From Balanoglossus misakiensis (taxonomy: Eukaryota > Animalia > Hemichordata), in assembly GCA_040954595.2 (NCBI GenBank), contig CM082577.2:10193846-10257845 (forward strand): a stretch of DNA of 64,000 bases, given 5' to 3'. Under the pieces are notes generated by a model. It was not told the DNA's origin. It was given only the letters and a program-made list of their open reading frames with translations, and did no database searches. Shown here piece by piece: positions 35,949-48,200 of this stretch. Every line of letters begins with the position of its first letter. The first letter of the stretch is position 1. A program made the translations under genes and the position numbers.

Positions 35949-38900
35949 CTGCAAGGGGATAAGAAAAATCAACCTTAGTTTGCGAAATTGCACTGGGAAA
36001 ACTGAGAAAAAACTTAAAATTGTGCTGCTTGTTGTTTTAGTATGCATTGGGGTTTAATCTTTCCACTCCAATGAAAATTAAAACGAAATGATTCTTGCTG
36101 AGCTACTTCAGTGTATCTTTTGCTTGAGAGCTCAGCTAGGGTTAATGGAAATGTGATGACAAACACGTTTCCCTAAAACCAGAATATTTCCGTCAACAAG
36201 TTGTCTGGTTTTGCTAAGACTGGCTTTGTTCCACCAGATATCAGTGGTGTATGGTTCCTTTCAGTAGCCGAACACCACCAGTCCAAAAATATAATATCTG
36301 ATGTATGCATAATGGATCATTTCCATAATACAAATAATTGTGAGTTTTTATTATTTTAGCCAAATGAAAGGTTAGTAGTGACCACTGTGTAATCCTCTGG
36401 GGACAAATTATGTAGGATATGCAAAATAAAGGCTGTGAAACACCGTATCTAAAACATATTTGAAGAAAAATCAGCCCCTTTTTGGTTGGCATCACTGACC
36501 TACAAAACATGTCTCTGAAATGCTAATGTTGGCAGTTGAGTCTTGGCTGCCGAGTGAGATCTCTTCCTCACTTCCCCCTAAGTCTCAATGACTGTCACTC
36601 TAAAACTAATCCTATCACAAAGTATCGCACCCCGCTGTCCTTTCCAAACAATGCCGGCAAAGTCTCTGACAACGCAACACTTGGCACGGAATCAAACCAT
36701 GACATTTTGCAGACACACATTATCTACAATGTACATGTACATGTCGCAACGACTGGAGAAAAAAAATTGGTTGTGCTTACTTTTCTACCGGTATGTCAAA
36801 GTCATCAAAGTCTGACAGGAGAGCAGATTCCGAGGACAGACTGTCTCTCCGTTTAGGTGTGGGTGGAGGAACTTTCCTACCAGTGATCTGGTCTGAAGAA
36901 ACGAAAAAGAAGGAGAAATCAGTGATAACATTTCACGACAAGCACAGTCCATTCTCATCAGTGTAAAGGCACAATACTTCCACAAAAATGGCATTTGATT
37001 CATTAATATGTAGCAGATTCTATTCAAATGACTGTGCATTTAGCAATCTTTTGCCTTCATGTTTGAGGCGTGATAATGGCTTTACTGTCATTTGTCATAA
37101 CACAGCACAACTGGCATACGAACACCCGACCATTACAAGACAGGAACGGAAAAAAACCTACCTTCTCCACCTGTAGAGGCTGGTCTCCTCGGTACAGGTT
37201 TGGTTGCCGGTGCTCTCTTTACTCCACTAGCCGCCACAGAGACCTCACTCTGCAGTTCGTTTTCCCCCTGCGACGATTCGTAGTGCGACCTGGGCGAAGA
37301 CTGCGAGCCCTTCTTGGCCGGCTGCTTCTTGATGGTGTCCGTGTTCTCGTTCTCGAACGCCGACAGCATGCTTTCGACGTTTTCCGAGTCGGAGTCGGAA
37401 AAGGTGGCGGCGTCCGTGTGGTTGAGCACAACCTCTGCCTTTTCGTACTCCTGCGAGTAAATGTCCTTCTCGCTTTCGGTCGGCGTCCACGCCTTCTGCG
37501 GCAGGGCGACGGGTGCCTGGGGAGGTTTTGCATACTGCTGCGTGGGTTTCTGCGGCTTGGCGGTCACAACCGGCTTGGCCTTGGTGGGGGAACCGTGGTG
37601 GTGGTGGTGGTGATGATGATGATGCTTTTGCTGGGGTTGCTGCCCCTTACCGAATGTTTTCATCTGCTGTTGCTGGGCCGCCGACGCTTTCCCAGGCACT
37701 GTAACGGCAGCACTTTTCGGCGGCCCGTGGGGCTGGAGGGTGACCCGAGCTCCCTTTTTGGCCTGAACTGTCTTTGTCGGGTGCTGGCCCGGCTTTGGTT
37801 TGGGTGTGGGCGCTATGACCGTCCGCGGTTGACCTGAAATTCCCAGCAAGAGCTCCTCCGGGGTTATGACGGCTCCGTTCGTTTCCAGCTCGCCGTCCGC
37901 GTTAAACTGAGTCCTCACGTACAGTCCCTGCTGCGACTCGAAGTCCTGGTCGTTGAACGATTTCGACCGGTTCCGCTGCGACCGCCTCGTGATGGTCGCG
38001 TACTTTTCCTCGGCGGAGAGCGGCGGTCGCTTGGCCGCGTTGTAACTGTCGTCCTTCGATCCCTGCCTCCTCAGCGCGGGGTGGTGATAGCTGTTCCCCT
38101 GGTGCACGTACGCGGTGGAGGCACCGGACATCTGTTGTTGGGGCAAGACCGCCGAGGGCGTCCGCATCACCGCGATGTCCTCAGTCCCTTTCCCGTTGAT
38201 GGCCGTCTCCCGTTCCGCCTGCTGCTGCTGCTGCTGTTGCGCCGGAGCTTTGTCCGGCCTCCGTTTTATCGTGTCGTACTTCTCCGACGCCATGACGGTG
38301 GCCGTGGACACAGCCCTGGAAGGCGATGACGGTTTCCTGGCGTACCCCGGCACTCCCTTCGGAGAGGGCTGCCTCTTGACAGTTCCCGTATTCTCCGCCG
38401 TCTGATCTTTCGGCGACGGCTGTCTCTTAAACGTTCCCGGCCGCTCAGCCATGTAAGGCTGGTTCATGACCATGCCATACTGTTCCGACTGAGGCTGCGG
38501 CCTTTGTCTGAGGTGCTCAAAGTCCATTATCTGGGGTGACTGCCTTTTTGTCCGTTCCTGGCTCTCCTTCGACGGAGGCCGCCTTTTCACAGTCCCTGCA
38601 CCGTCGACTTCCTGCATCTTGTTCATGTTTCTGAGTCCTTGCACGGCCGCCTGCAGTTCTAACTGCGACGGCTGGGTTTGTTTGCCGCCCCAGGCAGGTA
38701 GTGCGACCGGCCTGTGCTGGGGGGCAGGCTCCGTCTGTTGAGTCGGTGCCGGATGGGGAGGCGGTGGTGGTGGTGGTGGGGGAGCCGGAGGTGGGGGTGG
38801 TGGGGGTAACTGTTCGTCGGGCAATGGTGGAGAGGGGGGTGGAAGAGGGGGCGGCGGCGGGAGGGGCTCGTCGTCCAGATCTTGGAACGTGTGTTGTTCT

Positions 38901-41900
38901 TGCGGCGGAGGAGGTGGTGGCGGCGGCGATGCCTGCTGCGACGTCTGCTCCAACTGTATCTGCAACTGGTGGATCTCCTGCTGCTGCTGCGCGAGCTGCT
39001 GTTCCAACTGCTGCTGCAGGTGGTCGGCGTGCTGCTGCGGCACAGACGGCTGGGCCCTCTTCTCCGGCACCTCGGGTCGCTTGGCGACCACCGGCCCCGC
39101 GGTGACGCCTTCCTTCTTGAACTGCTTCAGGCTCTTGCTTCGGCCGATCGTCGCCGTGGCAAATTTCTTGTCCGATCCCGTGTACGACTTCAACAGCGGC
39201 ATGTACGGCTCCGGTATGTCCGACTTGGAGACGGAGTTGCTCCTCTTTGGAGGCGTGGGCGGCTTCTTCAACTTCAAGGGCGACGAGTCGGTCTGATCGA
39301 TCCCGGTCCGCGAGTCCGCCATTGAGTTCCGCGGGGAATTCCAGGGAGACATGCTGGCTCTGTGCAACGCCGTGTCTGACTGGTTGAGGGGTTTGACAAG
39401 CAGTTTGTCCAAGCTCTCGTTGGATTGGGTGCCCTTTCCCGCCCTGACTTTCATCGGCGACACAATCTGCTGGGCCCCTCCGCCTCCTGACGCCGGCTTC
39501 TTGAACGTCGAAAAGGAGACGTTCTGGAACGGCGAGTCCGCTTCCTCGACGACCTCCACGGTCGGCGATTTCGGACTCGACACCGTCACTATACTCGACA
39601 CGTTCCCGACGTAGCTCGCGCTGGTGACCTCGAGCGAGCCGCGGTTCGATCGTTTGCTCAGGCTCTCCTGCGAGCCGCGCATCAATCCCGGCGTGCCGGC
39701 GATGTTGCTCGGGTCGCTGCTCAGACTCTCCTGGCTGCTCTGAGTCGACCTCCGCTTCACGTTGATGTACACGTTCTCGTACGAGGGCACCGGCGAGCCC
39801 TTGGACTCCGTCGCCGCCGTCGACGTCGGGGTGCCCGGCAACGGACTGTAGCGCGCCTCCTCGTCCAGCGACGACCTCGACCGCCGGACGTCCGGGTCGA
39901 TCTTCGCCTGCGAGTAATGCCTGCCGTTCTTCTCTTGCTGTTGAATCTGGCATAGTTTGTTGATTGCCAATATGAGCTTCTTTTGGTGCCCTAGGAGGGG
40001 AAAAAGAAGTTTGGATGAATTGAGATAGATGTTTCATCACCGAAAATTCACACAGCGAAGTGTCAGACACAATATGGTACAGCGATAACAGGCGCTCTGT
40101 GGGAAGCGAATTAAAAAATCTGGGGTTTACTTGGCAATAGAGGGTGACATGTTTTTCTTGATATCCTGGTGCTAAAAACAGAACAAACACCACATAATTG
40201 TCAAAAAAAATCACATATTGCCAACGACGAGGGCACATGTTCAGCTTGATTCCAAGTTTAATTTATAATACCACATTGGTGAATTTAGTCTACACGGTTT
40301 CCCCCCCTCCCCATTCCACTCCCTAACATTGCAAGACTCTTAGCATCTTTACCTAGCATATTGATTCCAATTTCCTGCAGATCCTCCCAGGTGACATCAC
40401 TGATGAAATCAATGGTGTCGTAGCCGTTCTTTTCAAAGATGTCCAGGTACTGGGGGAGGTCCAGCGCGTTGAGCCAGCTGATCAGATCATTCTGGGAGGG
40501 AGAAAACAGATAAAATGATTCTGATTTTAACATCCTGGCCAACATATGCTTTGATTTCTTGAAATGTGTGACCTGCATACATGTATCAATCTGTGTGCCC
40601 AAGTCATCATAACCACTGAACAAAAATATGGAAATTATGAAAACATGAAAAGAGAAAATGCTTCCGTTTCTGGAAAAAATAAATTCCTAGAAAAATCATT
40701 TGGGACACATGATCTTATTCCAGCATGAATGCCTGCCATCACTCAGGTCCTAAGCAAGTAAACAGCTGTCTGGAAGGTCACCATTTTATTTCTACCGGTA
40801 TTTCTAAAATACGAACCAGCTGTTTGAAGACGTCAATTTTTCATATCATACATTCACATATCCAAAACAAAGCAATCCCCTGACCTTATAACATCACATA
40901 CAAAAAAGGCGCAATTCATTGGATTATAATTAATATACAAAATTTTAGTTTCAGAAGTGAAATTTCTGGGATTTTATTGCTCACAGGAAATGGAATACAG
41001 CGAGCACATCGACTGGGAATTGCATTATATCCAGGAAATGGTATTTTAAAAATAACTTGATGCCTTCAAAAAGTACCAACCGGCACAAACGGGTAATGCA
41101 CAGTAGTCATTCTTCGACCATTACAAATCAACAACAGGAAGCGTGACATATTATTTTTAGTACAGATAATGATTATAACCCTTCTGACCCTGTTACATGT
41201 ATTTGCCAACGGATGTAACAGAAAAAACAAAGGGGTGAATGAAACAAGTGCGGTTTATTTGGAGCTCTTGATAGGCTAGGCCTTCCTCAGAAGCTGTTAA
41301 TACGAAACAAACAACCCATCAAAGTTTCAGTGGTGCACACTCAATTCTGCGATGGCTGGAAATATTACTGGATATCAGTCAGTCAGTAAGCACACACGTA
41401 CACTGTATTACACACACACTCACTCAAATACATGTACACTGTGGAAATGATTAATTAAATGTTTGACACCTTGGTAATAGCCAGTAATAGCAGAGAAAAG
41501 TGCAGAACAAGTCTCTTTAACTTTGAAATGATGGGAGCATCAATTCACACTGCACCTTGGAAATGGTCAACTTTAAACGATCTTTTCAGTCACCCGGTGA
41601 TCAATACACTTGTCTTTGTCACTTGCCTTGTGCATTCAATTACTTTTATTACCTCCATAAAGTTTTAGACACCATGGCACAGGTCCATTGGTGGGGGGCA
41701 TGAGACTCCAAACAGATCCTTTGGTGGGCATGATCTGCAGGTGGGCATATGTCTTTTACTCCAGGGGGGGGGACCTCGTAATTCAAATTCGCTAGGTACA
41801 CATATTTCCACAAGACTTTCATTATTCAATCATGAAATATTTTTTCTCCACTTGTAGTGAAATGTTGGTAACCGAGTGCAAATTCATCCAGAATCTTATC

Positions 41901-44900
41901 ATCCACACGGCCACACCAAGCGAGCATGGAAACTGAAAAGGTTCCAAACACATAAAGGGCTGGGTCTAGGAAAGTACAGCTCACACTCACCGGTTTATAA
42001 TCAGGTATGCCGTCCGGTATATCCATGTGAAGGATCATGGCAGCTATTTTTTTCCTGTGACCCGGTTTTGTAACCCCAATAGGAGTCATATCCTGGCGTG
42101 GGGTGAAAAAAAAGAAAAAGAAACGTCACAACTGCAGTAAAATCAACACAGGGGGCAGAGAGTGGCGGTGGCGTGATGAGATTAAAATCAATATTTAAAA
42201 AATATGTGAAATAACAAGAACAAATTAAGAGACAGAAAGTTATCTCGTTTGATTTATGCGAAGCATGCATGGTTTGTTTTACATCCATCAAAGCGGAGAC
42301 AGGGTTAAAACATCTATTATCAAATGACAATAATATTTATCTTGATAATAACAACGGCTTAGCACATTCTCCTCAAAATCTACTGGTCGGTTCGTAAGTT
42401 AGACAACCCATAAAGGGTCTAGACATCAAAGGCATATTCTCCAGCACTGAAATTACAAAAATCTGAGAAATTCTTCCCCCAGTCTTGCACAACTAGCAGT
42501 CATTAGTAAATCATCTGAGTGTCTTGGCATGTGTTTTTTTTTCTTAGGAATCTTGTCTGCTTACGCACTATTCCCTATCATTTTAATGATTTGTATACAC
42601 AGTCAACTATGGTGGGGGTATTTCCTCAAAATATGCCACCAGCATGTTTCGGAAATTATTTATACATTCTGCCATACTTTGCTTTCTGCTTGAAACTTTT
42701 CTTCTCATTTGTCATTTTTGAGAAAATCAATTCAATGTCTCAAGAGTTGAACAAGAATTTCTATATCAGTTCAATCTGTCATGGAAGTTTTTTACTGTAC
42801 AAAAGTTATTCATAGAACTAATATTTTATTTACACTGTACCATACTCCAGCAAAGTCTGCACAATTAATCAGACACCACAATTGACAAAATTTAACAAAT
42901 CCAAAAATACTCTCTGCTTTTTAAATGAATCAGAATGTTTTACAAATAATGATATGGCATCTTACCTCTGGGGTCATTCTTGATATCGTACCCATATCGT
43001 AACCCGCTCTGATGAAATTATTTGTGTATTCCTGAAGTTTGAAACTTAGCAACCATTCATAAATTCTTTGGGAATCCTGGAAGAGACAGATGTAGATTGT
43101 ATAATGTTAGAAGAGCTTTAACAGGATAATTCCAACATCTTCCATAGCCAAGTACAAGTGAAAATCAGGTGATATGCCAATAAGGCACGGAAGCCAGTGA
43201 TAATAATGTATGTTGATAGAATAGAATTGTACTTCAGTTTTTCTGGGAGGTTAATTTTTTATCACTGTTACCAACTTCTTTCATTATCTGTAACTATATG
43301 TTTACTGTATGTGTGTGTAATACTGCTGAGCAATATATATTTTAATACCTTTCCAGGTAGTATTGTCATGTCTTTTTCTTGTAACTTGTGAACATCCACA
43401 TTGTAATTGGCAGTGCTGTCGCTGTGAGGTCGTGGAGGACCTGGAAAATATAAAGGACACAAAAATGCCATTGTCAAAATGTATTAAAATCTTCCTGAGT
43501 GGACTTGAAAAAATGGGGGTGGTGGTGTGACTTTCAGCCGCATTTCATGTATCCCATGTTTTTTTGTGAGAATATTTTCATATGTCTTTGAGTGCTAGGT
43601 GGAAAAACAGATTACATCACACACATAGAGTGATGACATCACTAGTTATTGTTGCCCACAGTACACAATCATGTAAATGTAGAAATGCAACCTGAACTTG
43701 GACAATCTACATTCAGATGCATCTAGCTGTGCTTCGAATTTCCTCCAATTAACAATCTCCTTGATGCCCGGTCAGAACATAGACAGTGCCAGTTGTCTTG
43801 TTCATTTCACTCAGAAAGTTTCCAGTACAGCAGAGATTACTAATCAGCGAGGGTGCCCCCGGTCACGACCTGAACCTGACCTCACGCGACCATCTGTGAA
43901 CACACAGAACAGTCATTATCACTTGCACTTGGACTTGGTACAACTGACACCAGCCAGTATGTCAAGGACAGCTGCCACAATCACAGATGTACAGTGTGAG
44001 GACAAAAGTTCATCTCGGAATCTATACAGACTCATTCTTGGGAGATTAGACCTACAGACAATCACTGCACTAGTTATTTGCACAGGGGGGGCAAACACAC
44101 AACCACATACTCATCAAAAAAGTCAATTTCTCCAGACTCCAAGGTCCAAACACACACATGTATAAACAAAGACTTAATTTTATCAAGAAATCATAAAAAT
44201 GTTAAGACTATTTATTGGTATCATCAATATAAACTGTAACTAGGACAGCTTGGATTTTGCTTGAACAAATATATCCAGTCGAACTTGTGATATACAGAGA
44301 GGCCATGACATATGACCCTTTTTCTCTATATTTTTCAAGAGAATGCCACCATCTGACTACAGGGTATGCAACTTTCACATTTGTTTCACCCATATACTCA
44401 TCTTTGGAGGAGGCTGTATTTGATTTTTTTACGAACAAGGAGGACAGATTTAACAGCATCAGTGTTGTGAAAAAAAGGTGTTTTACTTTTTTAATTAATC
44501 TAGTAACGCCTAATCTGGGTTTCAGTCAAGCAAGCAGTGTGAAACATGTATTTATTGTGGTACTGTGCTTTATGCAGAGCAAATTACTCTGTAATACAGC
44601 CGTCAAATTTACACAATTATAAAATAGGCTAGAAAATAGTGTGTTGTTTATGGAACATCATCATTATAATGGCAAAATAACGCCCTATTTATCAAATAGT
44701 GTTCTTGCATTGTCAAAAAATTGTCATTAAAAAGTTTTCAAGGCACACAGCAGGTCACAGTGAAGACAGCTGCAATCCTGGACATTAACCAATGAACGGC
44801 CGGCCATTTGTCTCAAATGTTTGCTTACCGTTGATGTCCGCAGGAAAGGGCATCAAAACATTCTCGTAACTTTGACTCTGCTGCGACAGAGGTTTGGTGC

Positions 44901-45249
44901 TGACGCCGACGATGAACGGACCACCTCCGCCGCTCACACCAGAGTTACTGCTACTCACGACATCTGGCTGCAAGACAACAGAGAAGAAAACAAAAACAGA
45001 AATTTAGGAGAGTGACAGAGTGTACTGTGGATGTCAATGTTTATATGCCCTTGTTGCAGAATAACAGAGAGAGCTGCAGAACAAATTGCTTGAGGTGCGT
45101 TTTGTGTACACCATGGACATTTGTCAGTGCCAACATGCAAGCTACAGTAGAACAGAGTTGAGTCCTCGACGCAACAACAGTTTAACAAATAAACAATCAG
45201 ACAATTTCAGCTTATACAATGGCAGTATGTATGTATGTACAGGTGTATG

Positions 45250-45281
<32 letters not shown>

Positions 45282-48200
45282 GCCACTATTAAAAATACAC
45301 CAACATAGCACAAAACTGTCGAATCTGCCCGACGTACCTGATCCTGAGCAACCTGTGCCAGCTTCTTCTCCATACTCTCCGTGGACGAGTTCACGTCCAC
45401 CCCGCTCTCCTCCTCCGAGTTGTGCCCGCTCTGCCGCCGCAGCCAGATGTCCTCGTACGGCAGACGCATATGCGCCACCGGGTGAAGTTTCTTGCCGGGC
45501 ATCGCGTCGGTGCTGTGTTGATAGCCTGGGTTTTGTGTGATAGACAGAGAGAGAGTGGGCAAGTTAATAGGGGGGAAATCGTAACGTCAGAACGCAATCA
45601 CTGCCCACAGTGATGCAAATCGCATTCGTGTTTTATAACACCAGCCAACAGCACATTAACAAGGACTATAAATGATTGTTTTGTTTCGTGGATAAGCACG
45701 GATGGACGTTTTAACTGTTGCATAATCGCTGGGCTCAATAACAGGAACCCTTCTCTTGTTTGGGGATACCTGTTGGGCCATGTCTGAACCTGACTGTGTT
45801 TATTATGCCATCCACAGGAAAATGAAATGAAAACTCTGAATGCGGAAAACAGGTAGAATAAGTAGGTATCTTATGAAAAAAAATATCAAAAACTAATTTG
45901 CATTTTGATTCAATCAGCTGGTGAACTGTCAACAAAGATTATCTTCATGTCACCGGCACACATACAAAACACATCAGAATAAGGCCCAACTCAATAATGC
46001 AACATCTATCATTTTTTGTGTACTTTCATCGTTAATTGTAAAACATTAAAAAGGATACTGATATAATTGTTGATTGCAAATTAACTTTTCAACTTAATTT
46101 AACAATTTGTCACTTTAGAAATTAATTGTAATTATATCTGTTGATGACAATTTCACTTGTAGAAGATTTTATGTCTTTACGGATGACTAAAGATCTTGTG
46201 TTCGAGACACAGAATTAAATCCTGTATCCCATAAATTTATCCATGCAAGTTACGGTACACTGATTGACAAGCCTGGTGGTATCATATGATTCCACTTGAG
46301 ACAGCTCAGCTTTGAAATTTCCTACAGTAAAACACCCTGACATCAGCCAGTACTGAACACGTATTTAGTCAACCCTGCAAGTACATCACCCCTCAGTTGT
46401 TTCCCAGCCTAAAGCTGTAGCCATCAAGCCAAGAAACAACAGTTAAACAGTATTACATCCATTGTCACGAACAGAGACTCTGCTTGTCGCTGGAGCTTTT
46501 GTTCCGATCACTGCTCCACAGGTAATTAAACTCTAACAGTAAACAGTTAACCGTCTGTCCCGTAATCCTGGCTGCATTGGAACTTTTTGTTACAGAATCT
46601 TTTTTTTGTTCTTTCAGATTCTCGCAGAACAGGTAACTATTATACTGTGCCTAGCCCTGTCACTGAGCCCAAACTGCTTCTGATATGCATTTTAATACGC
46701 AATAAACAATTCTGCAGAACGCTCTTTAACATTACACCAACCATTATCTCCTCTGCTGAATGAAATTCACAAGCAATTACAAACTGCAATAGTTTTTGTT
46801 TCCGACCCATTCCAGGTTTTTAATGGACGAATCGCTGAGTGGACATTTTCTTTCAACCATTGATCTGGGGGGAAACCCATTCCATTGTGAAACTTCTGAG
46901 CGAAAATATCAACACTAGCATTACACAGTACAGCGCACAGAGACAAAAACACTATCCAAGCACCTAATTAAGCTGATTCCTAAAAACCCCAAGACAAAAA
47001 GACTCTCCTTGAGAGAACTAAAACAGCACGGTTACCATGGATATCAGAAAGCATGCGTCGATAATCAGTTATGCATGCCACAAGTCACCTCGTTCGACCC
47101 CGGGACGAGCTTCCAATAAAGCAAATTTATGTTTGCCCGTCTTATTACTGAGTTAGTAATACACACAATTTACCCGGAGGGCGTATGAATCTCTGGCAAT
47201 TCACAGCGCTCCACTCCAACCCCCGAGGGTGCCATTATTCTTGTTTCTCACCATTCACTTTCAATTTGATTTGCTTTCTTGCGACGGCAGTGGGAATGGG
47301 GAAAGGCTGATTGAATGGCCCCGCATTGCAAACTCAATTCAGGTCACTGCATTTTATTTATTTGCCGCAGAAATGAATGAAACAACGTACGACGCTCTTG
47401 GCAGCCGTACGACACGTTTCAGGGGCAAAAGTTACCCTTCAAATGCACTTTCTGGCGAGACAGAACTGTCGTTATGGCCGACGACCCAAAAGACGGAAGC
47501 TGTTTTCTAGACACAATACAGGGCCCTAAAATTCCGACGTGGACATCCATTGATTTCTGACAGCTCGAACATCTGCCGGCTTGACGTGCGCAGACAACAG
47601 TGAAAGCGTGGCATACATCATGAAATCCAAACAGTATGACTTTTGCTTTGCTTAAAATGCTAAGACCTGTATTTGAAGTGTCAGTATCAACAGAACACCA
47701 CCACGTTTAAAGTCCTGGGTCTTAAATTTCAGACACACGCACATTTTCCTGAACGTTAAACATTCCAAGTGAAACGTACAGAGAAACTTACCCGGTGGAG
47801 GCTGGTGCCTTGGGCTGCCCTGTGCACTTTGACCTATGACCTCTCCATAGGGGCCCGGCGGGCTTGGTGTTTGCGAATACTGTGGCATTTGCTTCGAGAA
47901 GAGAAGAGAAGGGAAGGAATTTTTCAATTATTTCGATAGTAGAAACAGCCGCAAAAAAATATCTTCAGACCGTGTTTTCTTTCAAATCCTGGAATCAATT
48001 CTTAATCTACTTCAAACGGCTTTGTTGATATCAGGTTGGCGTAATCCTAGACGTTGGTGAAACTTATGGAAATTACCTCCACGATTCACAAACAATACAT
48101 TAAAATTCCGACACAAAACTTATTTATCTGCTCGGCCCAAACCCATTTTTCGAGTATCAGGTGCAATATACAACTATCCAATAATAAATGTGTACTCTGC

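Noticed and set aside
38517-40238. 573-aa minus-strand ORF and several plus-strand ORFs overlapping the Caskin large exon
   Set aside because: Shadow frames of a GC-rich coding exon with few stops; no recognisable domain.
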